From assembly GCA_016183425.1 (NCBI GenBank), contig JACPEP010000014.1, positions 38,148 through 102,147 of the forward strand: 64,000 nucleotides of DNA, written 5' to 3'. Below the pieces are notes generated by a model. The model had not been told where the DNA came from and made no database searches. It worked only from the letters and a program-made list of their open reading frames with translations. Positions within the stretch are counted from its first letter, which is position 1, and the number at the start of each line of letters is the position of its first letter. Positions 52,263 to 61,655 of the stretch are shown here, in pieces. This stretch comes from Chloroflexota bacterium (GTDB lineage Bacteria; Chloroflexota; Dehalococcoidia; JACPEP01). The position numbers and the translations under genes are program-made.

Positions 52263-52889
52263 ATGATCTTGAAAGGCTTGACCCTGGGGATGTTTATGGC
52301 CAACTGCTATGTCGTGGCCTCCGAGACCACTAAAGAGGCCCTGGTCATAGACCCCGGGGATGAGGTGCATCACATCCTGGATGCTATAAAAGAGCTGGGT
52401 GTCACCGTTACGCTCATTGTCGCCACCCACGGTCACATCGACCACGTGGGGGGGATAAAGAAGCTAGTAGAAGCTACCGGCGCCCCCTTCGCCATCCACG
52501 CCGAGGATGCCAAAGGGTTGGCCCAGAGGGGGCGGGAGATGGGCTCCTGGCTAGGTGCTTCTTTTGAGGCCCCACCCCCCCCAGATAGATTGCTTCAGGA
52601 GGGGGATGTGCTGGAGGTGGGCGACTTAAAATTTACCGTCCTCCATACTCCGGGGCACAGCCTGGGGAGTATTTGTCTTTACGGTCAGGGGGTGCTCTTC
52701 AGCGGCGATACCCTCTTCAACTACAGCATTGGGCGCACGGACTTACCGGGGGGAAGCTACGCTCAGATAATGAACAGCATCCACAACAAGCTAATGACCT
52801 TGCCTGGTGAGACAGTAGTGCTTTCTGGCCACGGGGACCAAAGCACCATCGCCGAAGAGAGACGCCACAACCCCTTCCTGGGAGGGTGA
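52263..52889 (+). CDS. MBL-fold metallo-hydrolase (glyoxalase II-like)
   Basis: TLIVATHGHIDHVGG is the HxHxDH motif. Confidence 0.8.
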   Translation: MILKGLTLGMFMANCYVVASETTKEALVIDPGDEVHHILDAIKELGVTVTLIVATHGHIDHVGGIKKLVEATGAPFAIHAEDAKGLAQRGREMGSWLGASFEAPPPPDRLLQEGDVLEVGDLKFTVLHTPGHSLGSICLYGQGVLFSGDTLFNYSIGRTDLPGGSYAQIMNSIHNKLMTLPGETVVLSGHGDQSTIAEERRHNPFLGG

Positions 52890-52896
52890 TGGGCGG

Positions 52897-54075
52897 CTAG
52901 TTCTTAAATATCAGGATATTCATGCCGCCGATGCCGGAGTTCTGCACCATGCCCACTTTGGGGCCGTTGCCTTTCCTTCCCTTTACCTGGCGTGGCCCGG
53001 CTTCTCCCATAAGCTGACGGTAGATTTCGTGGATCATGCCGGTGCCGGTGGCGCCGATGGGGTGGCCCCGGCTGAGGAGACCGCCGTCGGTGTTAACGGG
53101 CATTTTACCGTTGATCTCCGTTTTACCTTCCCAGACAGCGCGGGCGCCCTCTCCTTTATTGAACAGGCTCAGAGCTTCGATGGCGGAGATGAGGCCAGGG
53201 GTGAAGGCATCGTGTACTTGGGCCACCTCCACATCTTCGGGACCGATACTAGCCCTCTCATAGGCTTTTTTGGCCAGCTTCTCCAAGGGCCCCTCCATGA
53301 CCTCCGGATCCTCGGAGACCAGAGCTCCATCCTCGCCCATCTGTTTGACGTAGGCGCCGGTACCGCAGGCGTGGGCGACTACAGTGACCCAGCGACTCTT
53401 GTACTGGGCAGCCTTCTCCTTGGCACAGACGACGACAGCGCCAGCGCCGTCAGTGGTAGGAGAGCACTGAAGGAGGGTTATGGGGTCGGCAATAAGGCGA
53501 GAGTTCATGACCTCCTCTAACGTGCATGCCTTCTGATACTGGGCATTGGGGTTCAGTTCCCCATTGCGGTGGGAGACCACGGACACTTGGGCGAACATCT
53601 CTGGGGTGGCTCCGTAGTCATGTATGTAGCGCCGGGCCCGCATGGCGTACCAGCTAGGGGTCACCGCCAGGCCCATGACCTGGTCGTAGCTGGACGTCTC
53701 CGTCACCTGGATGAGCCCCCGCTGCATTTTCTCAAACCCCGCCACTAGAGCCACGTCGTACACCCCGTTGGCCACCGCCAAGTAAGCCTCCCGAAAGGCG
53801 GTGGAGCTGGAGGCGCAGGCCTGCTCGAAATTTATCACCGGGATGCCGGTCTGCCCCAACTCAGTAATTACCCGCAGCCCTACCCCCATACCACCGTTGC
53901 CGGCGCCGGGTAGTACGCGCCCGCAATAGGCCGCCTCGATATCCCGGAAAGGAACGTTGGCGTCCTGGAGAGCCTTCCATATGGCCTCCCGACCCATTTC
54001 CTCAACGCTCTTCTCCGGAAACCGGCCAAACCGATGGAGCCCTGCCCCTAGAATAACAACCTCTCGCATTGCCAA
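52897..54075 (-). CDS. Thiolase-like protein (SCP-x / lipid-transfer type, DUF35 partner)
   Basis: VVILGAGLHRFGRF...INFEQACASSSTAFREA (catalytic Cys) plus the C-terminal thiolase fold. Confidence 0.8.
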   Translation of the reverse strand: MAMREVVILGAGLHRFGRFPEKSVEEMGREAIWKALQDANVPFRDIEAAYCGRVLPGAGNGGMGVGLRVITELGQTGIPVINFEQACASSSTAFREAYLAVANGVYDVALVAGFEKMQRGLIQVTETSSYDQVMGLAVTPSWYAMRARRYIHDYGATPEMFAQVSVVSHRNGELNPNAQYQKACTLEEVMNSRLIADPITLLQCSPTTDGAGAVVVCAKEKAAQYKSRWVTVVAHACGTGAYVKQMGEDGALVSEDPEVMEGPLEKLAKKAYERASIGPEDVEVAQVHDAFTPGLISAIEALSLFNKGEGARAVWEGKTEINGKMPVNTDGGLLSRGHPIGATGTGMIHEIYRQLMGEAGPRQVKGRKGNGPKVGMVQNSGIGGMNILIFKN

Positions 54076-54111
54076 CCTCCCTTAATCTTTTTCCTTAACC
54101 AGGGGGAAATA

Positions 54112-54558
54112 TTATCTTTTTTTAGCAACGGGCTTAAATTTGAAGCCCATTACCTCTTGCCCCGCCTCGTTATCCTTTATCTTCTCAATTACCATGTCCA
54201 TTTCCATCCCTATCTTCAGGTCGTTCAGGTCGTCGCAGGCGATGGCCGTGTGCACGGTAACCCCTTCGGGCAACACCACCTGCCCCACAGCGTAAGGGGC
54301 GATCATGGCCGAGCCGGGGAGGGTTTGGCGGATTATGGTATAGGTGAAGAGCTTTCCCCGATTGCTCAAAGGTGTTTCTTTTAGATCAGGGCTGCTGCAC
54401 CAGGCACAGAAGCTGCGCCTGGGGAAGAAAACCTCGCCGCATCCCTGGCACTTAACCCCGACAAGGTAACCCTTTTCCTGAGGGGAGGAAGGTATCTTGA
54501 ACAAACCCTCCTTTATGGCTACTTTTTGCCTCTTTTCCTGCACCAACGTCTCCTCCAT
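54112..54558 (-). CDS. DUF35 OB-fold / zinc-ribbon acyl-CoA-associated protein
   Basis: VKCQGCGEVFFPRRSFCAWCSS is the rubredoxin-like zinc ribbon and is followed by the OB-fold. It is the typical thiolase partner. Start set at the ATG after GAAAGGGG. Confidence 0.7.
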   Translation of the reverse strand: MEETLVQEKRQKVAIKEGLFKIPSSPQEKGYLVGVKCQGCGEVFFPRRSFCAWCSSPDLKETPLSNRGKLFTYTIIRQTLPGSAMIAPYAVGQVVLPEGVTVHTAIACDDLNDLKIGMEMDMVIEKIKDNEAGQEVMGFKFKPVAKKR

Positions 54559-54656
54559 ATCGCCCCTTTCTAGAAAGCAGTTGTAGAACAATTATATAGG
54601 GAAATTGAGCGGTAGACAATTCCCTGTCCGCACACGGTTAAACCGATTTCACGGCA

Positions 54657-55541
54657 TCAAGATGGCCTGGTCACTACCCGCCGATACTCCACTCCTCGTT
54701 GGACAGCCTCATAGCAAGTGGGCACCCAAATGTCCAGACGCCTGGCGGCGGCATCCCAGGCGAAACGATCTTCCACCACAAATTCCCCCCGCCCCTCCAC
54801 CAAAAGCTTCGTTCCCATGGGAAAGGTGCCCTGATCTGCAGCCGCTGCCCCAGAGTAAACCCACCGTCCGCTGCTCATAGGGCCCACCAGGCAATAGTAG
54901 GTAATTCGGAAAAGCTCCCCATCGCCATCATTCTCGGCAGTGTGGACCGGAGAGGACGGTGACTCCACGTGCTGGCTTTGACCCCCTATGGGAATAATGA
55001 GTGCCTGGCCGACCAGGATTCTATTAGGATCCGTCAAACCGTTGGCATCCATGATATCCGCCAAACGGACCTGATAACGAAGGGAAAGGCGAAATAGATT
55101 CTCTCCTGTCTGTACCTGATGGGCAATGGGTTCCCCCTGGGTAGTGGGATTTGCCGTCTCTGGGCTTGGTGCCTGGCTGGGTGAAGGACCGTTGTCTTTG
55201 GGGATGCGCAATCTCTGGCCGACCCAGATGCGATTGGCATCCTCCAGGTTGTTAGCCTTCATAATCTCGGAGATGCTGACGCCGTAACGAAGGGATATCC
55301 GGAAGAGGTTCTCCTTGGGCGCTACCACATGGATAACCTCATTGCCCTCGGCCGTGGCCAGACCCGGCACAGCCACCAGAATCACAACCGCTACGAACAC
55401 CGCCCAAGAACGGTGCAACCTTCTCCTTCCCTGGCGCAGCGCGCCCGTTCCTTTGTCAAGACCCTGCTTAGGGTACCACGCTTTCCGATACCGCGGAACC
55501 AGGCACGGGCAATCGCCAGCCCACCCAAGCGTGGGACTCAC
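54657..55541 (-). CDS. Cell-wall-binding protein: 2x LysM plus C-terminal 3D domain
   Basis: Two LysM units (HVVAPKENLFRISLRYGVSISEIMKANNL and HQVQTGENLFRLSLRYQVRLADIMDANGL). The C-terminal 3D-like region reads YYCLVGPMSSGRWVYSGAAAADQGTFPMGTKLLVEG. The true start is probably internal, near the signal peptide AVFVAVVILVAVPGLA. Confidence 0.65.
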   Translation of the reverse strand: MSPTLGWAGDCPCLVPRYRKAWYPKQGLDKGTGALRQGRRRLHRSWAVFVAVVILVAVPGLATAEGNEVIHVVAPKENLFRISLRYGVSISEIMKANNLEDANRIWVGQRLRIPKDNGPSPSQAPSPETANPTTQGEPIAHQVQTGENLFRLSLRYQVRLADIMDANGLTDPNRILVGQALIIPIGGQSQHVESPSSPVHTAENDGDGELFRITYYCLVGPMSSGRWVYSGAAAADQGTFPMGTKLLVEGRGEFVVEDRFAWDAAARRLDIWVPTCYEAVQRGVEYRRVVTRPS

Positions 55542-56517
55542 CTATCCCCTCTCCGCTCACCACATAGACAAAGGGGCCTTGGGTGCCTTTGGCGGGCACC
55601 CCCTCGTTGTACCAGCCCACCGCCTGGCCATCATAGACCCCCCGGTGCTCGCCGGGCCTACCGGCCCAGGAATCCACCACCCGCCCTCCCGCCGGAACCA
55701 GCCCCTTGATGTCCAGGCTTTTCAGATCATATTGAGACCGATTGCGGAGCCACAAGGTATAGACCACGTTGTCTCCCTCCACCTCGGACGTCAGTTGAAG
55801 AACCAGAGGCGGCCACGCCTCGGCGACACGGGGGGCGTGGCGGTTGTAGTATTCTACGATGCCCTGATAGATAACCTGAGCGATCTGGGTGCGCCGAGGG
55901 TTACCCTTAAGCAGCTCCGCTTCCTCGGGATTAGATAGGAAAACCGACTCCACAATAACGGCGGGCATGGTGCCATTGATGAGAACCCCGCCATCGAAAG
56001 GGCGAACCCCGAAGCTAGTAAAAGACGCCGGATCGGGAGCCCCGGTCTTCAAGGCCGCGAACATCACATCATAGACGGCTTGAGCCAGCGCTTTGTCCTC
56101 CTGCTTGTAGTAGAGAGTTAGGGAACCGTTCACGGAGGTATTGGCAACGCTGTTGTTATGCACCGAGACCAGGATGTCGGCGCTCTGCTGGTTGCAGGCA
56201 GTCCACCGCTCTTTCAGGCTTCGGGCATCGTCTCCGGTGCGAGTCATGATCACTTCAGCTCCCTCATTTCTGAGAAGGTCTTTCACTCGAAAGGAGATGT
56301 CCAGATTTACCTCTTTTTCTCGCAGTCCAGAGGACATACTTATGGCCCCCGATTCGTTGCCGCCATGACCAGGGTCAAGACATATTCTTTGCCCAGCGAC
56401 CGCAGAAGCTGCCTGAAGGCTGCCCAAACCAGTGGTGCATAGAGCGAGAATAGTGAATGATAGCAAAGAGCGCCAACGCCATTTCCCGCCCCTGGAACCT
56501 GATAGAGATTGAGACAT
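55468..56517 (-). CDS. N-acetylmuramoyl-L-alanine amidase (Amidase_3, CwlD-like) with an approximately 110-aa C-terminal extra domain
   Basis: Start set at MSQSLSG, before the signal peptide. ICLDPGHGG, NEGAEVIMTRTGD and SVHNN are the Amidase_3 zinc motifs. Confidence 0.7.
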   Translation of the reverse strand: MSQSLSGSRGGKWRWRSLLSFTILALCTTGLGSLQAASAVAGQRICLDPGHGGNESGAISMSSGLREKEVNLDISFRVKDLLRNEGAEVIMTRTGDDARSLKERWTACNQQSADILVSVHNNSVANTSVNGSLTLYYKQEDKALAQAVYDVMFAALKTGAPDPASFTSFGVRPFDGGVLINGTMPAVIVESVFLSNPEEAELLKGNPRRTQIAQVIYQGIVEYYNRHAPRVAEAWPPLVLQLTSEVEGDNVVYTLWLRNRSQYDLKSLDIKGLVPAGGRVVDSWAGRPGEHRGVYDGQAVGWYNEGVPAKGTQGPFVYVVSGEGIGESHAWVGWRLPVPGSAVSESVVP

Positions 56518-56743
56518 ATCACCTCCATGCCCGACGAAAGTCGGGGTTATTATACACACGGAGGGCATTCTTGTCCAAGGCTTGTATATCGGGAGCGATC
56601 CGCGAAACTCATTTCTACACTCGTAAGTGGTCGGGGCAGACACCCTGTTTACCCCAATTTCTTTCCTGGCAGCAGCTTGCAGTGAAGTAATTACAGACTC
56701 AAACAGCAAATAAATACCCCATGCCTTGTCCCAGCATTTTCCA

Positions 56744-56757
56744 TCGTTTCGCGGGAA
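56744..56757. repeat. Direct repeat copy 1: TCGTTTCGCGGGAA
   Basis: An exact 14-mer recurs at 56858-56871 within the divergent intergenic region. Confidence 0.4.
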
Positions 56758-56857
56758 CTTTTGTTCTAAATTTCCCCAGCTTAGCGAGGCTGCCCTTCAT
56801 CTTGAAGCTAATGTCTGGATAGAACGGGGACATTCAGTTGACAATAATGATTTTTGC

Positions 56858-56871
56858 TCGTTTCGCGGGAA
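56858..56871. repeat. Direct repeat copy 2: TCGTTTCGCGGGAA
   Basis: Exact 14-mer match to 56744-56757. It is flanked by TTGACAATAATGA. Confidence 0.4.
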
Positions 56872-57013
56872 GCTCATATCACAAACGAAAGGAGGCAGGT
56901 GTCACTAACGTACTGGACGGTACTTCCGCTTAGGGCTCACCTCCTGGGTGAAACACAATCTGGACAGCTTCACCCCGTCCTCTTACTCACGGATTAAGGA
57001 TGAGTACACTCAG

Positions 57014-57042
57014 TTGCTTTGGCGAACATGGTAGCCTATAAT
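57014..57042 (+). promoter_or_regulatory. Sigma70-like promoter for the M50 protease gene
   Basis: TTGCTT (57014-57019), 17-nt spacer, TATAAT (57037-57042). RBS AGGAAGAG precedes the ATG at 57072. Confidence 0.4.
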
Positions 57043-57071
57043 TGGATAACGCTGAAAGGAAGAGAAAATAG

Positions 57072-57794
57072 ATGTTATTGCGGCTTTTTGACCTTCTCTT
57101 AACAGATCCGATTGCCTTTCTAGCCCTTTTGCCTGTCATAGCGGCTACCGTTGGAGTGGGGCTAGTGGTGGCCATCTCCGTCCACGAGTTCAGCCATGCT
57201 CTGGTGGCCTACCAACTGGGAGATGACACGGCCCGCCTTCGGGGACGGCTATCCCTCAATCCTCTGGTTCACCTGGATCCCATAGGGACCCTCATGCTTT
57301 TGGTGATTGGCTTTGGGTGGGGGAAGCCGGTGCCTGTGAACCCTTACTACCTTCGCCCTGGGCCCAGGGGAGGTATGGCCATGGTGGGTTTGGCGGGGCC
57401 CTTGTCTAACTTGGTCACTGCAGGACTGATAGCTCTACCCATGCGGCTGGGAGTTTACCCTTGGCATTCCCCGCTTCTTTACGCTCCCTTTGCTCAGCGG
57501 ACGTGGAGTTGGCTGGTGGCGGACGTGCTGGGCTATGTTATCTTTTTCAATATTATTCTCGCTCTTTTTAACCTGATTCCCATACCTCCCCTGGATGGTT
57601 TCAATGTTATCCAGGGATTAGTACCTCGGGATGTGGGGCATGGTACTTTTTCCCGCTTGGCCCAGTACGGTCCTATGATTCTGCTCTTGGTGGTAGCCTA
57701 TGATATCTTCACCGGCCGCGGCATCTTGTGGGGCTTGCTGCGCCCGGCGGTGAACGCCACTGCCGCCGTGGTTGTGGGTAGGCCCTTCTTCTGA
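57072..57794 (+). CDS. Site-2 protease family (peptidase M50, SpoIVFB-like) membrane metalloprotease
   Basis: HEFSHAL (HExxH in a TM helix) and NLIPIPPLDG (LDG motif). Confidence 0.8.
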   Translation: MLLRLFDLLLTDPIAFLALLPVIAATVGVGLVVAISVHEFSHALVAYQLGDDTARLRGRLSLNPLVHLDPIGTLMLLVIGFGWGKPVPVNPYYLRPGPRGGMAMVGLAGPLSNLVTAGLIALPMRLGVYPWHSPLLYAPFAQRTWSWLVADVLGYVIFFNIILALFNLIPIPPLDGFNVIQGLVPRDVGHGTFSRLAQYGPMILLLVVAYDIFTGRGILWGLLRPAVNATAAVVVGRPFF

Positions 57795-57809
57795 GTGTTA
57801 AGGGAATCG

Positions 57810-58802
57810 ATGGCACAGCGAATCAGCATCGTCGGGCTAGGTCTCATCGGCACCTCCCTGGGTCTAGCACTGAAAAAGGCAGGGGTGGAAGCGGACATCG
57901 TTGGCTATGACAAGAATAAGGGGAATGCCGCTCATGCTCAGCGGCAGGGTGGGGTGGACAGGGTGGCCCGCAATCTTCCCAACGCCGTCGACGAAGCGGC
58001 CCTGACCATCCTGGCGGTGCCTTTGGGAGCCATGAGACAGGTCATGGAGGAGATGGGGAAGCACCTTCCTGACAACGGCATCGTTACCGATACTGGCAGT
58101 ACCAAGGAGCAGGTTTTACGCTGGGCGGAGGAGGTTTTGCCGAATGGGGTCAGCTTTGTGGGGGGACACCCCATGGCGGGGAAGGAGGCCTCCGGGCCGA
58201 AGGCAGCGGAGGCGACTCTCTTTGCTGGCTGCGTCTATTGCATCATTCCCTCTCTTAATGCAACACAGGCGGCTGTGCAAACGGTTGTAGGGCTGGTAGA
58301 CCTGGTGGGGGCGAGGCCATTCTTTATGGATGCTACCGAGCACGATAGCTGGGTGGCTGGGGTAAGCCATCTTCCTCTGATACTTTCGGCGGTCCTGGTC
58401 TCGGTTACCACAGGGGATCGGGCCTGGCGAGAGATGTCGAAGTTGGCGGCCAGCGGCTACCGGGATGTGACCCGCCTTGCCTCGGGAGACCCGGAGATGG
58501 GACGGGATATATGCCTCACCAATCGGGACAGCCTCCTCCGCTGGATCGATAGCTATCTAGAGGAGCTGGGAGAATACCGCCGTCTGGTCTCAGAGGGGGG
58601 AGACGGGTTGTTGACCAGGCTGACAGGGGCTCGGGGGGCCAGGGAAAGATGGCTCTACCAGCGGGAGCTCCCGGAAACACCCCGAGTCGAGGTGGCCAGT
58701 TTTCGCCAGACTATCTCGGAAATGTTTTTGGGCCAACTGACGCGGCGGGGAGAAGAAATATTGAAGAGGCTGGAGGGCAAAGCCAAGGAGGGTCCCCCTT
58801 GA
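57810..58802 (+). CDS. tyrA: Prephenate dehydrogenase
   Basis: ISIVGLGLIGTSLGLAL (Rossmann fold) and the GHPMAG catalytic motif. Confidence 0.85.
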   Translation: MAQRISIVGLGLIGTSLGLALKKAGVEADIVGYDKNKGNAAHAQRQGGVDRVARNLPNAVDEAALTILAVPLGAMRQVMEEMGKHLPDNGIVTDTGSTKEQVLRWAEEVLPNGVSFVGGHPMAGKEASGPKAAEATLFAGCVYCIIPSLNATQAAVQTVVGLVDLVGARPFFMDATEHDSWVAGVSHLPLILSAVLVSVTTGDRAWREMSKLAASGYRDVTRLASGDPEMGRDICLTNRDSLLRWIDSYLEELGEYRRLVSEGGDGLLTRLTGARGARERWLYQRELPETPRVEVASFRQTISEMFLGQLTRRGEEILKRLEGKAKEGPP

Positions 58803-58810
58803 TAAAACGA

Positions 58811-60124
58811 ATGGCATCGCCCGACCAACTGGTGGGAGAGATTACCCCTCCTGGCGACAAGTCTCTGTCCCATCGCGCCGTTATTTTTAATGCCATTGCC
58901 CAGGGACGAGCCCGGGTAACCAACTTTCTGCCTGGCGCCGACTGCCAGGCCACGATAGCTTGTATGAGGGCTCTGGGGGTGAGTATACAGGAGGACGACG
59001 ATGAGCGGGAGCTAGTGGTGGAGGGGGTGGGGAAAGAAGGCCTGAGGGAGGCGGAGACTGTTTTGGACGCCCAGAACAGCGGCACCACCATGCGCCTTTT
59101 AGCCGGCCTCCTGGCAGCCCAGCCCTTTTTCTCCGTCATCACCGGGGATGTCTCCCTTCGATCGCGCCCTATGGGCCGCATCGCCGTCCCTCTACGCCAG
59201 ATGGGAGCTTCTGTCTGGGGGCGACAGGGGGGCTCCCTGCCCCCCTTGGCCATCGCCGGCGGTCGTCTTTCTGGCATCGATTACCAGATGCCGGTGGCCA
59301 GCGCCCAGCTAAAGTCGGCCTTGCTTCTGGCCGGGCTGTACGCCCGAGGAGAGACCCATTTGGAAGAGCCCGCCCCGTCGCGAGACCATACGGAACGAAT
59401 GCTTGAGGCCATGGGGGTGGAGCTGAGGCGAGAGGGGAACCGGGTGGCACTCGTCCCTCCTTCTCAACCATTGAGAGCCCTGGACATCCACGTCCCGGGA
59501 GATATTAGCTCGGCTGCCTTCTGGCTAGTGGCGGGGACCATCCACCCCAGAGCCAGGATTGTGGTGCGGGGCGTGGGGATGAACCCCACCCGCACCGGCA
59601 TTCTAGATGTTTTGAGAGCCATGGGCGCCATGCTGAAGGTGGAGAAGGCCAGAGAGGAGAGAGGGGAGCTAGTGGCGGATGTGATGGTGGAGTCCCGCCC
59701 CTTGCGGGGGGTGGAGATCGGGGGCGATTTGATTCCCCGTCTTATCGACGAAGCACCAATCATCGCTCTGGCGGCGGCCGCCGCCCAGGGCACTACTATC
59801 ATTAAGGATGCGGCCGAGTTGCGCGTCAAAGAGTCGGACCGGATATCTACTACTGTGGCCGAGCTGCGTCGCTTTGGCGTGAATATCGAGGAGATGCCCG
59901 ATGGCATGATCATTCGCGGCGGTGGCGAGCTGCAGGGGGCTACCTGCAAAAGCTATGGCGACCATCGCCTGGCCATGACCCTGGCTATGGCCGGCCTGGT
60001 GGCCAGAGGAGAAACCTTTGTGCGCGATGCGGAGATAGTAGACGTTTCTTACCCCCACTTCTGGGAGGATGTGGAAAGGTTAGCTTCGTCCTCTCCGCCA
60101 CCGACGGGGAGTTCTGATTTATGA
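58811..60124 (+). CDS. aroA: 3-phosphoshikimate 1-carboxyvinyltransferase (EPSP synthase)
   Basis: PGDKSLSHRAVIF, NSGTTMRLLAG and RVKESDRI. Confidence 0.85.
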   Translation: MASPDQLVGEITPPGDKSLSHRAVIFNAIAQGRARVTNFLPGADCQATIACMRALGVSIQEDDDERELVVEGVGKEGLREAETVLDAQNSGTTMRLLAGLLAAQPFFSVITGDVSLRSRPMGRIAVPLRQMGASVWGRQGGSLPPLAIAGGRLSGIDYQMPVASAQLKSALLLAGLYARGETHLEEPAPSRDHTERMLEAMGVELRREGNRVALVPPSQPLRALDIHVPGDISSAAFWLVAGTIHPRARIVVRGVGMNPTRTGILDVLRAMGAMLKVEKAREERGELVADVMVESRPLRGVEIGGDLIPRLIDEAPIIALAAAAAQGTTIIKDAAELRVKESDRISTTVAELRRFGVNIEEMPDGMIIRGGGELQGATCKSYGDHRLAMTLAMAGLVARGETFVRDAEIVDVSYPHFWEDVERLASSSPPPTGSSDL

Positions 60125-60158
60125 ATTGGTTGAAATAGGTTGAAAAAGGAAGGCGGCC

Positions 60159-60491
60159 ATGAGCCCAGAGCTGATCCACATCGGTTTTGGCAATGTCTTG
60201 GCGGTAAACCGGGTCATCGCCATCATTTCGCCTAGTTCGGCGCCCACCAAGCGTCTTATTACGGATAGCCGGACCAGGGCGATGCTGGTGGACATGACCA
60301 ATGGCCGCAAAACCAAGGCGGTTCTGGTTATGGACAGCGGTCACGTGGTGTTGGCGGCCCTTACCCCAGAGACTATCACCGGCCGTGTTGTTCTTAACCG
60401 AAGCGGCTATCGCCCGCTCCCAGTGGAAACCCGCAGTGAGAAAGAAGAAGAAGAAGAACAACCGGCGCAGGACGAATTAGCTTCTTCATGA
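60159..60491 (+). CDS. remA: RemA/DUF370 family regulator
   Basis: LIHIGFGNVLAVNRVIAIISPSSAPTKRLI...AVLVMDSGHVVLAALTPETI, with an acidic tail. It sits immediately upstream of gmk, as in Firmicutes. Confidence 0.75.
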   Translation: MSPELIHIGFGNVLAVNRVIAIISPSSAPTKRLITDSRTRAMLVDMTNGRKTKAVLVMDSGHVVLAALTPETITGRVVLNRSGYRPLPVETRSEKEEEEEQPAQDELASS

Positions 60492-61090
60492 TATTTCAGC
60501 CACCCCCCCTTTTAGTGGTCCTCTCCGGACCCTCCGGAGTGGGCAAGGATGCTATGATCGCCAGCATGAAGGAAAAGGGAGAGGAGCGATACTTCGTTGT
60601 CACTATCACTACCAGACCCCAGCGGTGGGGAGAGAGGGAGGGGATGGACTACTATTTTGTTTCCCTCCATCGTTTTCAGGAGATGCAGCAACAAGGCGAG
60701 CTCTTGGAACACGCTCAGGTTTATGGACACTGGTATGGAGTGCCCAAAGGACAGGTGAGGGAGGCCCTGGCCAAGGGACGGGATGTCATCGTCAAGGTAG
60801 ATGTACAGGGGGCAGCTACCATAAAGAGCTTGACACCAGAAGCGGTGTTTATTTTTATTGCCCCGCCCTCCCGAGAGGAGTTGGCAGCCCGACTAAAAGG
60901 CAGGATGACGGAGTCCCGGGACGACCTGGATGTACGTTTGAAAACTGCCGAAAAAGAGTTGACCTACCTCTCCATTTTCGACTACGTAGTGATTAATGAA
61001 GAGGGCAAGATGGAGGAAGCGGTGGCTCGGATCGAGTCCATAATAATGGCGGAAAAGTGTCGGGTAAAGCCACGGGTAGTCACGATTTAG
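60488..61090 (+). CDS. gmk: Guanylate kinase
   Basis: LLVVLSGPSGVGKDA (P-loop), followed by YYFVS and E...G.YYG. Confidence 0.9.
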   Translation: MIFQPPPLLVVLSGPSGVGKDAMIASMKEKGEERYFVVTITTRPQRWGEREGMDYYFVSLHRFQEMQQQGELLEHAQVYGHWYGVPKGQVREALAKGRDVIVKVDVQGAATIKSLTPEAVFIFIAPPSREELAARLKGRMTESRDDLDVRLKTAEKELTYLSIFDYVVINEEGKMEEAVARIESIIMAEKCRVKPRVVTI

Positions 61091-61127
61091 AATACACAAG
61101 AGGAGTTTGTAGGGCCGGTTTTTAGCC

Positions 61128-61643
61128 ATGAGAAAATGGTTCGTAGCGGCTGTTTTGCTCTTTTCCCTGGTGGGTATCGGCTGTATTACAGTGGCCGCTC
61201 CTCCCACTCCAACCCCCAAGCCCTCGCCCACGCCGGTGCCCGTTGCCAGTCCCACTCGTACCCCTACTCCCGCTCCCACCGCCACACCAACTCCTTCTCC
61301 AACGCCCACCCCTACCCCGGAGCCTAAAGAGCCGCCCAAGGTCACGGTGGACTTACCCAAAGCAGGGGAAAAGGTAAGCTCCCCGATACGTATATCGGGG
61401 TCGGCGGTGGTATTCGAAGCCGTTGTTTCCCTGCGGGTGAAGAATGCCGCTGGACAGGTTATCGGTGAGGGGAACGCTTTGGCAAGCGCGGGAGCTCCCC
61501 AACGAGGGATTTATACCGCTCAGATCGCCTTTACACCACCAGCCGTGGAGGGGCCGGGCACCATCGAAGCCTTCAGCCGCAGCCCCCGGGACGGCAGTCT
61601 AGAGAATCTGGTGGCAGTTCCGGTTATTCTCATGCCACGATAG
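61128..61643 (+). CDS. Lipoprotein with PT linker and Gmad2 immunoglobulin-like domain
   Basis: Lipobox LVGIGC. PTPTP linker. Gmad2-like GEKVSSPIRISGSAVVFEAVVSLRVKNAAGQVIGEG...GTIEAFSRSPRDGSLENLVAVPV. Confidence 0.6.
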   Translation: MRKWFVAAVLLFSLVGIGCITVAAPPTPTPKPSPTPVPVASPTRTPTPAPTATPTPSPTPTPTPEPKEPPKVTVDLPKAGEKVSSPIRISGSAVVFEAVVSLRVKNAAGQVIGEGNALASAGAPQRGIYTAQIAFTPPAVEGPGTIEAFSRSPRDGSLENLVAVPVILMPR

Positions 61644-61655
61644 AGTTGACGGGAA

